Shown: positions 1-11,107, counted from the first letter of the stretch. The stretch is 64,000 nucleotides of DNA from Phormidesmis sp. (GCA_965248535.1 CBDFJR010000005.1:1568001-1632000); one strand, 5' to 3'. Translations and numbers: made by a program. The notes: a model not told the origin generated them from the letters alone.

Positions 1-10
1 AAGGGGTAAT

Positions 11-1047
11 CGCGTGGTTTTAACCACCGTGTTCTTTCTAGTTTGCCCCGTGATGAGGGTCTTCGACATACCTCCTAACCGCTTCACTACTAACATTTCC
101 TGCTGTGCTGACAAAATAGCTACTAGTCCATAGCGAAGGCATCTTTAACAATTCTGGAAACTCTTTACGCAGAAAGAAGCTAGACCGTCTCTTGAACGCT
201 TTGACGTCTTACTAGATGAGGCGTATCCGTAGGTTTGACGCTGACAAAAAGGTGAATATGGTCTGGGGCAACTTCTAGAGCGAGAATATCCCATCCTTTC
301 TCTACCGCTACCTCTGCAAATATTTGACGGGTTCTAGTTGCTATATCCCCTGTTAAAACTTTTCGTCTACGCTTGGGAATCCAGACAAAATGGTAGTTAA
401 CCAAGTATTTGACGTGATTGTGAGTTTTGTACTCTTCCTGAGTCAGCATAGTTAATTAGTTGATTTATAGCTTGACATCTACTATGTTAGTTGTTAGAGT
501 ATGGGAAGTCAACAAAGCAAGCGAATCGATGTCAAAACCTAAGAAATTAATGGGAGTGCAGCAATGCTTGATTAGTGCCGACAAAGAGACTATGGCGGTC
601 TTAGAGTACCTCTGTTCAGAGTCAAATAAACTCAACAACTGTGCTGTTTACTACGCCCGGCAGATGTATTTCAAAACTAAGAAATATGTCACTGGCTTTG
701 ATCTGGTTAAAGCTATCGGCTCTAACAAACACTTCTCAGCGCTTCCATCGGATGCAGCCTGTCAGACTTGCCTATCGGTTGGTGAATCGGTTAAATCGTT
801 TTCTGAGCTTCTAAAGATGTGGTTCAACAGAGAACTTGAGGGAAAACCTAAATTCCCCAATTATCGCAAGTCAGGCTATCAGATAGTTTCGTTCCCTAAG
901 AGATCTATCAAACTAGTTGACGGGATGATCCGCTTTCCATTGGGGCTGCAAGTTAAAGCTTGGTTCGGTCTGAAAGAATTCTTTCTACCAATGCCGTCAA
1001 ATCTGGATTTCGTAGCCTTGCGAGAAGTTCGCATTCTGCCTAGAACC
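11..1047. mobile_element. Decayed IS200/IS605-family element (divergent tnpA/tnpB)
   Basis: Divergent tnpA and tnpB; subterminal hairpin GTGGTT-TT-AACCAC at 14-27; no right end found. Confidence 0.85.
38..449 (-). pseudogene. tnpA: IS200-type Y1 transposase TnpA, frameshifted
   Basis: YHFVWIPKRRRKVL and HUH motif DHIHLFV; after a frameshift near 208 another frame continues VKAFKRRSSFFLRKEFPELLKMPSLWTSSYFVSTAGNVSSEAVRRYVE to a stop at 38. Confidence 0.88.
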
Positions 1048-1110
1048 AGCATCATGATGTTAGAACCTCTTCTCAAACTGCCACGACGGTTTCGCGGATC
1101 AGGGCTTTGA
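529..1110 (+). pseudogene. tnpB: TnpB, 3'-truncated (no RuvC or zinc finger)
   Basis: TnpB N-terminal motifs (LCSESNKLNNCAVYYARQ, PKFPNYRK, EVRILPR); similarity ends near 1045. Confidence 0.85.
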
Positions 1111-1222
1111 ATTCTCTGATCGTTAAATTTTTGACCTGCATAGCATACACGAGACTCGGTATGAGAGGGACTCAATTCTAAACGGCAAGATCGCGGGCTA
1201 CGATCGCTAGCTACTCAGAAAA

Positions 1223-2527
1223 TCAACCCAGATCATCTAACTCCGCATAATCAGGCAATGTCGTATCGATCGATTTGCCGTGACGTAGAACAATGCGATC
1301 GTGCTGCGATCGTGACAGCAATTCGCTATAGCTGCGAGCTTTAAACAGCACCAGATCGGCAGGCAGTCCGACACCGATTCTGCCGACTTGAGGGAGACCG
1401 ATCAGATCGGCAGGTGTGAGGGTGATAGCGTTAACCCAATCGCTGTAGGGGTGGTCAAGATGAGCAATGCGAACCGAGAGATTAAACACTTCTAGGGCAT
1501 CGTGATCGCCAAACGCAAAGAAGGGATCACGACAATTGTCACTCGCGATCGCGACTGACACGCCCTGCTGCTTTAATTCGTGCAGCAGAGTTACCCCACG
1601 CCATCGGGGAGTGGATCTGGAAAGACGACCCTGTAGATAAAGATTGCACATCGGCAGACTGACCACCCCAACCCCCGCTTTTTTGACGAGACGCATGGTT
1701 TTAACCGCCTCGGCTTTCTCTTGCACGGCCAAACTACAGCAATGTCCGCAGACAATCTGCCCCTTGAATTTGTGGCGAATCGCGGCTTCTGCAACGTGTC
1801 TCAGCGTCATTGAGGCAGGATCGTCAGTTTCGTCAGTGTGGAAGTCTAAATTTAGCTTGCGTTCCTTAGCGAGGGCAAAGACGCGATCGAGTTGAGCGTC
1901 AATATCTGGGTTCTTATAGGCAACGCCACCCAACACGCCGCCAGCCGCCGCTACTAGATCGGCCAGTTTCTCGCCTTCTGGGGTGAGAAAGTAGTCTAAA
2001 GTCACGAGCGAGACGGCTTGAAGAATGAGCTTATCGGCCCAGCGATCGCGCAACTCTTGAAAGACTCGAAAGCCAATTTCGCCCTGCTCACCAAACGAGT
2101 CAAGATGAGTCCGAATGGCTTTTGTACCGTGGGCATAGCTACATTTGAGTCCAAATTCCATCCGACGGTAGACATCGGTCTCGTTCCAATGATTAGCCGC
2201 GTCTGTTTTAACGGCGGTGAGAGCGCTATCAAAGGTGCCATCTGGGTTTGGGGCCCGGTTCCAGATATGTCCTTTGTCGAGATGGGTGTGCATATCCACA
2301 AAACATGCCCACACCAGTCCACCTTTTAAGTCGATCGAGGGATCGCGATAAGTGTCATAGGTGCCAGAGGCGACGATCGTCGCAATCGTGCCATCAATAA
2401 TCTCTAGATCGACGGCTAGCAGAGGCTCGTTAGCAGACTTTTTGCCAGTCCACTTGGTGCCACTGACGATCAGAGAGGGCGGCACATGAGCGTTTTTGAG
2501 CCAGTAGTGATGAGAGTCAAACAGCAT
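1223..2527 (-). CDS. codA: Cytosine deaminase (amidohydrolase)
   Basis: DMHTHLDKGH, DFHTDE, GHCCSL and ASDNCRDPF motifs. Confidence 0.88.
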   Translation of the reverse strand: MLFDSHHYWLKNAHVPPSLIVSGTKWTGKKSANEPLLAVDLEIIDGTIATIVASGTYDTYRDPSIDLKGGLVWACFVDMHTHLDKGHIWNRAPNPDGTFDSALTAVKTDAANHWNETDVYRRMEFGLKCSYAHGTKAIRTHLDSFGEQGEIGFRVFQELRDRWADKLILQAVSLVTLDYFLTPEGEKLADLVAAAGGVLGGVAYKNPDIDAQLDRVFALAKERKLNLDFHTDETDDPASMTLRHVAEAAIRHKFKGQIVCGHCCSLAVQEKAEAVKTMRLVKKAGVGVVSLPMCNLYLQGRLSRSTPRWRGVTLLHELKQQGVSVAIASDNCRDPFFAFGDHDALEVFNLSVRIAHLDHPYSDWVNAITLTPADLIGLPQVGRIGVGLPADLVLFKARSYSELLSRSQHDRIVLRHGKSIDTTLPDYAELDDLG

Positions 2528-2563
2528 AGGAGCCAGTCGCGATCGCAGGTCACTCTTAAGGTA

Positions 2564-3184
2564 TCAGCAATGCTCTGGATCGGTCAGGGCACTCGATTCA
2601 CGGAGGGGTGCGAGATGTTTGTGCAAAAAGAGTCGTCTAGGCTGACCCAGCAACCAGGTCGTCAAACCCGCATCGGTGGCTTGCAGCCGATAGCCACTTT
2701 TTGCATAAAGCTGCTTTGCCGAGTGGTTATTCTCCAGCACATGCAGATAAATATCTGCCAGCCCCCACGATAAAACGACGCGATCGCAGTCCTCCAACAG
2801 TTGCAGCGCGGCTCCTTTGCGCCGACACTCTAATTTGACCGCAAGATTGGATAGATAGGCATATTGACTCGTGCGCGGCTGCCAGGGATTGAACGATCGC
2901 AGCCCCACTTCCACAGTGCCCACCAGGGTTTCTTGATCAAGGGCAACCAAGCAGCGATAGTTAGGCGGAGCCGAATTTAATCGATTTCGCAGATCTTCAT
3001 AGATCCCCATCCTCATGATTGGGATCAGCCAGCGCATAAACTCTGGTTGCAGGTGAAAACTTGCCGCCAAGATTCCAGCAATTTCAGACAAGTCTTGCTG
3101 CTCGACAGGACGAATCAGAAAGTGAGGAGACCGGGATGACTGCCCTGAAGGGTCTTTTTCGCGAGGTGAAGAAGGAGTGTTCAC
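2564..3184 (-). CDS. GNAT N-acetyltransferase
   Basis: YLSNLAV..CRRKGAA, LHVLENNHSAKQLYAKSGY; start uncertain (GTG 3184 or ATG 3265). Confidence 0.85.
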   Translation of the reverse strand: MNTPSSPREKDPSGQSSRSPHFLIRPVEQQDLSEIAGILAASFHLQPEFMRWLIPIMRMGIYEDLRNRLNSAPPNYRCLVALDQETLVGTVEVGLRSFNPWQPRTSQYAYLSNLAVKLECRRKGAALQLLEDCDRVVLSWGLADIYLHVLENNHSAKQLYAKSGYRLQATDAGLTTWLLGQPRRLFLHKHLAPLRESSALTDPEHC

Positions 3185-3265
3185 AACCAACTGAATAGGC
3201 AATACAGACCATCCTAGAGTTGAGCGGCCCAATCTGCCGCAACCAAGAATGGGTTTTTTTGACAT

Positions 3266-3305
3266 AAAAATACCTGCCTAGCCAAAGGTCAAGCGCTAGA
3301 CAGGT
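3266..3305 (-). terminator. Intrinsic terminator after psbB-psbT
   Basis: Stem ACCTGTCTAGC/GCTAGGCAGGT followed by a T-rich tail on the minus strand. Confidence 0.7.
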
Positions 3306-3326
3306 GATGGCCCAAAATAGTTGGGT

Positions 3327-3422
3327 CTATTTGCCAATCCGAGGCGGTTCGCGGAAGGCGATCGCAAAAAACAGCACCCCGATCGCGAGAGCAAGAATCA
3401 AAATGTAAGCAACGCTTTCCAT
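3327..3422 (-). CDS. psbT: Photosystem II reaction center protein T
   Basis: Hand translation [31 protein letters not shown]; directly downstream of psbB; too short for the ORF track. Confidence 0.97.
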   Translation of the reverse strand: MESVAYILILALAIGVLFFAIAFREPPRIGK

Positions 3423-3521
3423 GTCTGCATGTCCTGAGTGATGAGTAATCTCAAACCATCAAGCAGCCGGGAAAGTATAGCCGTTCACTGATGTAGAAGC
3501 GGTTAGACTTTCCCAACTACC

Positions 3522-5054
3522 CTATGACTGAGTTTGTTTGCGGGTGCTCTTGTCACCCAACTTCTGGAAGAAGCCCCACTCGACCTGCTCTTCTGCCAAA
3601 TCTGGGTCAACCCCTGCAAACACATCTCGGAAGATGGTGCGAGAGCCGTGCCAGATATGACCAAAGAAGAACAGCAGAGCAAAGACCGCGTGACCAAAGG
3701 TAAACCAACCTCTAGGACTGGTACGGAACACCCCGTCAGAGTTGAGCGTTTCACGATCGAACTCAAAGGGTTCACCCAATTGAGCCGCCCGCGCATAGCG
3801 CTTCACCTGAGCCGGGTCAGTGATCGTTTGACCCCCCAACACACCGCCATAGAAGGTCGCCGTGACACCCGCTTGTTCAAAGCTGTATCTCGATTCAGCC
3901 TTTCTAAACGGAATGTCTGCCCGGATTACCCCATCGGCATCGGTCAAGACCACCGGGAAGTTTTCAAAGAAGTTAGGCAAACGACGAACGGAGAGTTCTC
4001 TGCCGTCACTGTCTTTAAACACGGGATGCCCTAACCAGGCTTGGGCAATTCCATCACCTTTATCCATCTGACCTGTGCGGAACAAACCACCCTTGGCAGG
4101 GCTGTTGCCCACATAGTCATAGAACGCCAGTTTTTCAGGAATCTCTGACCAAGCTGCCTCAGGACTGGTGCCATTGGCAATGCTGGTCTGAACGCGACGA
4201 TTGATCTCTTGCTTAAAGTAGCCCGCATCCCACTGATAGCGAGTGGGGCCAAATAGCTCGATCGGGGTCGTTGCGTTGCCATACCACATGGTGCCCGCGA
4301 CGATAAACGCCGCAAAAAACACCGCCGCGATACTGCTGGCTAGCACCGTTTCAATGTTGCCCATCCGCAGCGCCTTATAAAGTCGCTCAGGAGGACGAAC
4401 ACTCAAGTGAAATAGACCTGCAATAATGCCCACGATGCCCGCCGCAATGTGGTGAGCCACAATTCCACCCGGATTAAACGGGTTGAACCCAGCCGGGCCC
4501 CATTCGGGCGCAACGGGTTGAACGCTGCCCGTGATCCCATAGGCATCAGACACCCACATCCCCGGCCCAAATAGCCCGGTGAGATGGAAGGCACCAAAGC
4601 CAAAACAAAGTAATCCAGATAAGAACAGGTGAATGCCGAACATTTTCGGCAAGTCTAGAGCAGGTTCGCCTGTGCGAGGGTCTCTAAACAGTTCTAAATC
4701 CCAATAGACCCAGTGCCAGCAGGCCGCTAAAAACAGCAAACCAGACAAGACGATGTGGGCGATCGCTACGCCCTCAAATGACCAGAAACCAGGATCGACT
4801 CCTGATTCACCCGTGATGCTCCAACCTGCCCACGATGAAGACACGCCCAAGCGCGTCATGAAGGGCAGCACGAACATGCCTTGCCGCCACATCGGATTTA
4901 AAATTGGATCGCTGGGGTCAAAGATCGCCAATTCATACAGCGCCATTGAACCCGCCCAACCTGCAACTAAGGCAGTGTGCATGAGGTGGGTTGCGATTAA
5001 CCGCCCTGGATCGTTCACCAAGACGGTATGGACTCTATACCAGGGTAGTCCCAT
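3522..5054 (-). CDS. psbB: Photosystem II CP47
   Basis: [11 protein letters not shown] start; full-length CP47 sequence. Confidence 0.99.
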   Translation of the reverse strand: MGLPWYRVHTVLVNDPGRLIATHLMHTALVAGWAGSMALYELAIFDPSDPILNPMWRQGMFVLPFMTRLGVSSSWAGWSITGESGVDPGFWSFEGVAIAHIVLSGLLFLAACWHWVYWDLELFRDPRTGEPALDLPKMFGIHLFLSGLLCFGFGAFHLTGLFGPGMWVSDAYGITGSVQPVAPEWGPAGFNPFNPGGIVAHHIAAGIVGIIAGLFHLSVRPPERLYKALRMGNIETVLASSIAAVFFAAFIVAGTMWYGNATTPIELFGPTRYQWDAGYFKQEINRRVQTSIANGTSPEAAWSEIPEKLAFYDYVGNSPAKGGLFRTGQMDKGDGIAQAWLGHPVFKDSDGRELSVRRLPNFFENFPVVLTDADGVIRADIPFRKAESRYSFEQAGVTATFYGGVLGGQTITDPAQVKRYARAAQLGEPFEFDRETLNSDGVFRTSPRGWFTFGHAVFALLFFFGHIWHGSRTIFRDVFAGVDPDLAEEQVEWGFFQKLGDKSTRKQTQS

Positions 5055-5421
5055 TGACTACGCTCCTCCTAATAAATTACGTCTACTGCAACGCTCTTTT
5101 CAGCATTTTGTTAAAGTGCCATGTACTGGTAAATTTACCAGATTAGAGGCGACTTATCACTTTGCAATCACGCCCCGCAACCCCTCAAAAGAAGAGCGTG
5201 GATAGTTTGACAACGCCACTGTAAAAATGAAAGTGTATAACGAAGTGTAACCAGTGTTAGAGCCTATTGCAAGCAAATTCCAGATACCTGAGAAGGGCTT
5301 CAAGACTCAAGCTAAAAATGTTAATAATTCTTAATTTATTAATAGATTAAGTTACAAATTACAAGGGGCGGTTTTTCGAGTAAATCAGCCAGTAGAAAAT
5401 TCAGTTAGGAGCGTAGAAGCC

Positions 5422-5835
5422 ATGCAGCCAGCAGATACCAATGTCCAGTCACCCGAAAATGCCCAGCCGATCGTCGATTATCAAACTCCAACCGTTGAGC
5501 CACAAACCGTGAGCGAACCGATCAAGTCACGGTTTCAATCAGCCAGCATCACATTTGTTAAAGAAGGTAAAGAAGCGATCGTGGCTGATGGGTCAAATCT
5601 AAGAATCAAAGCCATAGAGAACGGGGTTGACCTCTACACCTTCGGCGGAAAAATGATGAACTGCGGCGGCTATGGTCAATGTGGCACCTGCATCGTAGAG
5701 ATTGTAGAGGGGACAGACAACCTCTCACCCCGCACCGATTTTGAAATCCGCAAACTTAAAAAGAAGCCCGCCAGTTATCGGCTTGCTTGCCAAGCCTTAG
5801 TCCACGGTTCTGTCAGCGTTAAAACCAAACCTTAG
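5422..5835 (+). CDS. 2Fe-2S ferredoxin-like protein
   Basis: [11 protein letters not shown]...RLACQ cluster motif; upstream of psbM. Confidence 0.9.
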   Translation: MQPADTNVQSPENAQPIVDYQTPTVEPQTVSEPIKSRFQSASITFVKEGKEAIVADGSNLRIKAIENGVDLYTFGGKMMNCGGYGQCGTCIVEIVEGTDNLSPRTDFEIRKLKKKPASYRLACQALVHGSVSVKTKP

Positions 5836-5885
5836 TGGTATTCTAAAGAGTGTTAATGCCGAGATTGAGATAGGACCTGGGCTTT

Positions 5886-5996
5886 ATGCAAGTTAATGAT
5901 TTAGGGTTTATTGCCAGCCTTCTGTTTGTGCTGGTTCCTAGCGTATTTTTGCTGATTCTTTATATCCAAACCGCTAGCCGTCAGTCGGGTAAATAA
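5886..5996 (+). CDS. psbM: Photosystem II reaction center protein M
   Basis: Hand translation [36 protein letters not shown]. Confidence 0.97.
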   Translation: MQVNDLGFIASLLFVLVPSVFLLILYIQTASRQSGK

Positions 5997-6023
5997 CAGC
6001 AAGTTTCCACGGGTTATGTTCAT

Positions 6024-6065
6024 ATTAAGGAAGGCACAGGACAATTGTTCTGTGCCTTCCTTAAT
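6024..6065. terminator. Long inverted repeat, probable bidirectional terminator
   Basis: ATTAAGGAAGGCACAG...CTGTGCCTTCCTTAAT, perfect 16-bp arms between convergent genes. Confidence 0.8.
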
Positions 6066-6094
6066 TTATGAGAACGTAGACTATTTATTACGAT

Positions 6095-6445
6095 TTATGA
6101 AGCTGTAGACTCAGAATTTGCTTCGGAAACCGTAGCACTAGAATCATCATCAGCCGGATCTGGACATAAATTAACGAGAAAAGATTGCAGCCCCATTCGT
6201 CGAATATAGGGCCAGCCACCCTTCGCTTCGATGTCTCTCAAGAGCGCATAAAGTGCCTGTCGATTGTCTGGCAAAGACTCTTGAAAAGGCCCTTCACAAA
6301 CTTCTCGGTGCAAGCTTTCTAACAGTCTAAGCAAAGCCAGCAACGCTATGCTGTTGCCTTTTGAGACTTCAGCCAGCTTTTGAATCGATTGGGAAATCTC
6401 CTCAAACTCAGGCGACTTTAACTCAAAACTCACATCACTGTTCAT
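6095..6445 (-). CDS. Conserved cyanobacterial hypothetical protein
   Basis: LLRLLESLHRE, LPDNRQALYALLRDIE..GGWPYI; divergent from psbO. Confidence 0.8.
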   Translation of the reverse strand: MNSDVSFELKSPEFEEISQSIQKLAEVSKGNSIALLALLRLLESLHREVCEGPFQESLPDNRQALYALLRDIEAKGGWPYIRRMGLQSFLVNLCPDPADDDSSATVSEANSESTAS

Positions 6446-6809
6446 CCCAATCTCATCCCTCGGAACTCCACACCGTCGCGTGGTTAAGCATCCTATTCTT
6501 AACAGCTTAATCAGGGGATGTCATTTCAGTTGCGCGATCGCACATCCAATCAATTTAAATACATTAATTCTCTTGACTGAATTAAGACCTATCCCTTAGA
6601 GGATTCTTAAAAAGTTAACTAAAGTCTGTAAAATACTCTGAGAGGTTCCGCCCGAACCCCTTCAGAAATTATAGAAATTTCGATTTGACCTGGCAGCAGT
6701 TCAGCGCGTCTCCTCGACTACTGTGGCAGTAAGCTTCCAAAGCCGCCTTCCATATTAGTCAGATTGGGGTGCGCTGGCAGGGTTTTTTACATTGACTTTG
6801 AGGTTGACC

Positions 6810-7637
6810 ATGAGGTATCGCGCTTTAATCGTCACACTTTTGGCACTATGCATGAGTGTGTTAACCGCTTGCAGTGAGGCTCCCGCCAGCAGCACTGAAG
6901 CACTGACCTACGACCAAATTCGAGGCACTGGTTTAGCGAACAGTTGCCCTCAACTTGAGGAAACGTCTCGTGGCGTTATTCCGATCGAGAGCGGCAAATC
7001 CTACTCCATCAACAGCCTTTGCTTGCAGCCCACGGCCTTCTTTGTTAAAGAAGAGCCGACTAACAAACGCAAGGAAGCTGAGTTTGTGCCCACCAAGCTC
7101 ATGACTCGCTATACGTCTTCGATCGATGCCGTTTCGGGTGCGCTGACTGCAAACGCAGATGGCAGCCTGACCTTCAAAGAAGAAGACGGCATTGACTTTC
7201 AAGCCACCACCGTCCAGCTTCCCGGTGGCGAACGGGTACCTTTCCTGTTCACTGTTAAGGGGCTTGTCGCCAACAGCCAACCAGGGCAGAGCAGCGTTAG
7301 CACCTCGACTGATCTAGTCGGCGAATTTCGCGTTCCGTCCTACCGGACTTCTAACTTCTTAGATCCCAAAGGTCGGGGTCTAACTACAGGTTATGACAAC
7401 GCAGTGGCTCTGCCAGGTCAGGCAGACAGTGAAGAACTGCGAAAGGAAAATGTTAAGCAGTTCCAATTAGACAAGGGCAAAATTGCTCTCAGCGTTGCCA
7501 AAATTGACAGCACGACGGGCGAAATTGCAGGAACTTTTGAGAGCTTACAGCCCTCTGACACAGATATGGGTTCCCGCGAACCGAGTGAGGTCAAGATCCG
7601 TGGGCTTTTTTATGCACGGGTCACCCCTACCGCATGA
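6810..7637 (+). CDS. psbO: PSII manganese-stabilizing protein
   Basis: MRYRALIV signal peptide, GTGLANSCP, GGERVPFLFTVK, FLDPKGRG. Confidence 0.98.
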   Translation: MRYRALIVTLLALCMSVLTACSEAPASSTEALTYDQIRGTGLANSCPQLEETSRGVIPIESGKSYSINSLCLQPTAFFVKEEPTNKRKEAEFVPTKLMTRYTSSIDAVSGALTANADGSLTFKEEDGIDFQATTVQLPGGERVPFLFTVKGLVANSQPGQSSVSTSTDLVGEFRVPSYRTSNFLDPKGRGLTTGYDNAVALPGQADSEELRKENVKQFQLDKGKIALSVAKIDSTTGEIAGTFESLQPSDTDMGSREPSEVKIRGLFYARVTPTA

Positions 7638-7710
7638 CGATAATGGGTCAGTTTTATAAAGCTTCTATGAAGTTCACGAGCCTGACCCACCGTTAAAGAT
7701 CACTCATTTC

Positions 7711-7732
7711 GAGGGGCATTAGCCCCTTTTTT
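7711..7732 (+). terminator. Intrinsic terminator after psbO
   Basis: GAGGGGC-ATTA-GCCCCTTTTTT. Confidence 0.75.
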
Positions 7733-8111
7733 AGTGCAAACACGGTTTATAGGGAACTCTCTAGGCGTTAAAAAACAACTCCGTGCCTAAAAAGAAAATT
7801 CCCCTCCCAATGAGCAGGGTTATCGGCTAGTCAAAAACCTAGGTTCAGTGAAAATGCTCTAGTAAGTAATTGGGCGCAACGAATAGGTTTAATTCAGCAC
7901 ATCGGAAAATGCGTATCAGGAAATCAGTCGGACACGATCGTCGGTCAAAAAGCTTTTAAAGGTTGACGACTCTACGGAGTTAGATCTTTTCAACGCTTCT
8001 GAATTCCTGTAGCCTTCTGAAGGTGGCGTTAACCCTGACAGCAGTTCTAACAAAATCATTAGAACCAAGTCCGGCGCATTTATTGACCCGCTCTACCAAC
8101 TGAACTTCGTC

Positions 8112-8887
8112 ATGTCAACTCTCATCGCCAATGAACTGAGGAGCGAAAGCTTGCAACTCTTGCGGGAATATCAGAAGTCTCCTTCTTCACAAACCCGCAA
8201 TCAGCTTGTCGAGCTAAATTTTGGACTGGTCAGAAAAGAGGCTCATCACTGGATTAATCAATGCACCGAAAGTTATGAAGATTTGCTGCAAGTCGGCTGC
8301 ATTGGCTTGATTCGGTCGATCGAGCGATTTGATATGTCTAAAGGTCATGCCTTTAGCTCATTTGCGATTCCCTATATTCGAGGCGAGATCCAGCATTATC
8401 TACGCGACAAAAGCCCCTCCCTGAGGATTCCGCGACGCTGGCAAGCGCTTCAGCGTCAATCGGTTTGGGTGACTCGCGATCTGCAAGCGACCCTGCACCG
8501 CAACCCAACTGATGCAGAAGTCGCTGCCGTCTTAGAAATCTCTCTCAACGAGTGGCAAGAAATAAAAGTAGCCTGTCAAAATCGGGCGCTTCTAAGTTTA
8601 GACGCGCCGCTTAGAGACGAAGATAACGGCAACGCTACGATCGGGGATCTAGTGCCCGACAACCAATATCGCAGCTTTCAACTGGCTCAAGAAGATCAAA
8701 TTCGTTTACAGCAGGCTTTGGTTCAGTTAGAAATCCGAACTCGACAAGTTTTAGAGTTTGTTTTTTGCACGATTTGACTCAAAAAGAAACGGCGGAACGT
8801 ATGGGCATCAGTGCTGTCACCGTCTCGCGTCGTGTGAAAAAAGGCTTGGAATCCCTGCAAAAATTGATGATTGCGATCGAAGACTAA
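8112..8887 (+). CDS. sigF: RNA polymerase sigma factor SigF (one base missing in T-run near 8761)
   Basis: RNQLVELNFGLVRKEAHHW, FAIPYIRGEIQHYLRDK; adding one T gives VFLHDLTQKETAERMGISAVTVSRRVKKG (region 4) to a stop at 8887. Confidence 0.92.
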
Positions 8888-9119
8888 CGAGTATTTCAGC
8901 CGCCGTCGCTGCTATTTTTCTGAGCAGGCAGTTTAATTTGTGCAAAATAAAGTCTATCGATCGCCAAAAGTTTAGGGCATACTAGGGATATTCAAAGTTC
9001 CTGTGATTAACGTCAAATTAAGAATCTTGCAGAAGTGCAAACTATTTGTATGTAGGCTCGATTTAATCGTTAACCAGCCGGGCTAGAAACATCTGGTGTG
9101 AAATTTTTGAGGAGAGGAC

Positions 9120-9923
9120 ATGCAGAAGAAGTCTTTGATTGCCTGGGTAGGAGCATTTTCTGTGTTAGTCGGCGGTTGCGCCTCAGAGCAATCGAGCAAT
9201 CCTCCTACAAGTCCTTCTCCAGTGGCGGCACAGCCTTTCTCAAAGCCTCTGGTGTCTGAAAAGGCGGGTGATAAAAAAGCTAATCTATCGACCACTCGCA
9301 TCCCAGGGTTGGTGCAATCGACTGACCCTGATGAGCGGGTTCGTCAGGTTCAAGCGGGGATCAATGTCAAAAAAAGCCAGAACGACCCCTTTGCCAGCCT
9401 GGCTCCGCTGATCACGTTTAAAACCCCTGCCGGAAATTCTGGCACCCCTGGAACAACGGGAGGAAATGCCCCATCCAGTTCGGGTCCAGGAGAGCGAACC
9501 CCAAGTTTGCCTCAGCTTCCAAGCTTTCCTCAAGTTCCTCAATCTATCTCTCGCAGACCGACTTCTCGACCGTCTACGCCCTCTGTTGCGTTTAACCCCT
9601 CTACGCCAACCATTACCGCTCTGCCGCCGCTCCCAGAGCCGACCCTGGCTAGAGCCGTAGAAGTCTCAGGGGTGGTGGTAGTTGGGGGGGTTGCTGAAGC
9701 GATCGTGAAGGCCCCCAATGAGGCCACAAGCCGCTATGTCAGAGCAGGTCAACGTCTCTCAAACGGACAGATTTTGGTCAAGCGGATTGAGGTCAACGGT
9801 GGCTCTGACCCGATCGTGATTTTAGAACAAAACGGTGTCGAGGTGTCGAGAGCCGTTGGCGACAAACCATCGGCGGCTGGCTCACCCACCGCGATCGCGC
9901 CGACCTTTGAGTTTAGAGTTTAA
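9120..9923 (+). CDS. Lipoprotein with Pro-rich linker and possible PilP/GspC-like C-terminal domain
   Basis: Lipobox-like LVGGC; DPF motif; beta-rich C-terminus (VSGVVVVGG..AIV..RYVRAGQRL). Confidence 0.6.
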   Translation: MQKKSLIAWVGAFSVLVGGCASEQSSNPPTSPSPVAAQPFSKPLVSEKAGDKKANLSTTRIPGLVQSTDPDERVRQVQAGINVKKSQNDPFASLAPLITFKTPAGNSGTPGTTGGNAPSSSGPGERTPSLPQLPSFPQVPQSISRRPTSRPSTPSVAFNPSTPTITALPPLPEPTLARAVEVSGVVVVGGVAEAIVKAPNEATSRYVRAGQRLSNGQILVKRIEVNGGSDPIVILEQNGVEVSRAVGDKPSAAGSPTAIAPTFEFRV

Positions 9924-9963
9924 GAGATGGGCATTGTTGCACACCCCGGCGATCAAGTCATTC

Positions 9964-9995
9964 AAAAAAATGTAGCCCGTTTGCACAAGCTACAT
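9964..9995 (-). terminator. Terminator after the BON-domain gene
   Basis: ATGTAGC...GCTACAT stem plus T7 on the minus strand. Confidence 0.65.
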
Positions 9996-10023
9996 GACAT
10001 TGAGACTATAGAAGTTTGGTAGA

Positions 10024-10395
10024 TTAGCCGATCGTGACCTGATCAACCTCGACCGCCGATGCACCATTGACGCTATTGGCAATCTCAATTAGCTTGTTGA
10101 CAATCTCTTGACTGGGTGCTTCCCCTTTGAGGACAACCGTGCTGCCCGTTTGAGCTACATAAACATGCTCTAGGTCAGCCACTTGAGGATCTTGATCAAA
10201 TGCCAAGGCGACTCGTTTTGCCAGTCCGCTTTGGTCATATTCGCCGTTCAAGCCCACTCTTTCAGGCGCGATCGCTTCAACGGTCGGGGCATCGGCAGAA
10301 GCATCCATTGGGGCTTGAGCCACTGGTTGCCCACTAATGGCCTGCTGAGGATCTTGGGGTTTTTCTTGCCCAAACAGTCTTTGTAGCCAACCCAT
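10024..10395 (-). CDS. BON-domain protein
   Basis: GEYDQSGLAKRVALAFDQD, VAQTGSTVVLKG. Confidence 0.85.
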   Translation of the reverse strand: MGWLQRLFGQEKPQDPQQAISGQPVAQAPMDASADAPTVEAIAPERVGLNGEYDQSGLAKRVALAFDQDPQVADLEHVYVAQTGSTVVLKGEAPSQEIVNKLIEIANSVNGASAVEVDQVTIG

Positions 10396-10583
10396 AAAAG
10401 CTATTGCTCCACGCGAAATTTACATCATTAGATTAAAACGGTCAGGACATCCTGACGCATCTAACCCTAGCGAGAATAATATCCGATCGAGACCCTATAA
10501 AGCTGTTTGGGCAAACACAACCGGATTCGGGAGATTGCACGATAGAATAGGAAAACTTGATTTTTCTACTGACCCCTACGGCG

Positions 10584-11102
10584 ATGAAGCACACCCTTTC
10601 TGTTCTGGTTGAAGACGAAGCCGGAGTTTTGTCTCGGATTGCGGGCTTGTTTGCCCGGCGAGGCTTTAATATCGAGAGTCTGGCGGTTGGCCCGGCCGAG
10701 CAGATGGGCGTTTCGCGAATCACGATGGTGGTGCCAGGCGACGATCGCAGCATTGAGCAGTTGACCAAACAACTCTATAAGCTGATCAACGTCATTAAGG
10801 TGCAAGACATTACTGAAGTGCCCTGCGTGGAGCGGGAGCTAATGCTGTTAAAAGTGAACGCGGGCAGCACCAGCCGATCGGAGATTGTCGAACTCGCTCA
10901 GATCTTTCGCGCCAGAGTCGTAGATGTGTCAGAAGACTCGCTGACGTTGGAAGTGGTGGGCGACCCCGGCAAGATGGTGGCGATCGTCCAAGTGCTCAAC
11001 AAGTTTGGAATTCGTGAAATCGCCCGCACAGGCAAGATCGCGCTGACCCGTGAGTCAGGCGTTAACACTGAATTCCTCAAGTCACTAGAAGCCAAAGTTT
11101 GA
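10584..11102 (+). CDS. ilvN: Acetolactate synthase small subunit
   Basis: [33 protein letters not shown] (ACT domain). Confidence 0.97.
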   Translation: MKHTLSVLVEDEAGVLSRIAGLFARRGFNIESLAVGPAEQMGVSRITMVVPGDDRSIEQLTKQLYKLINVIKVQDITEVPCVERELMLLKVNAGSTSRSEIVELAQIFRARVVDVSEDSLTLEVVGDPGKMVAIVQVLNKFGIREIARTGKIALTRESGVNTEFLKSLEAKV

Positions 11103-11107
11103 GTTTC

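Noticed and set aside
529..1110. TnpB as an active RNA-guided nuclease or a compact novel variant
   Set aside because: It is truncated before RuvC and no right-end RNA-encoding sequence is recognisable.
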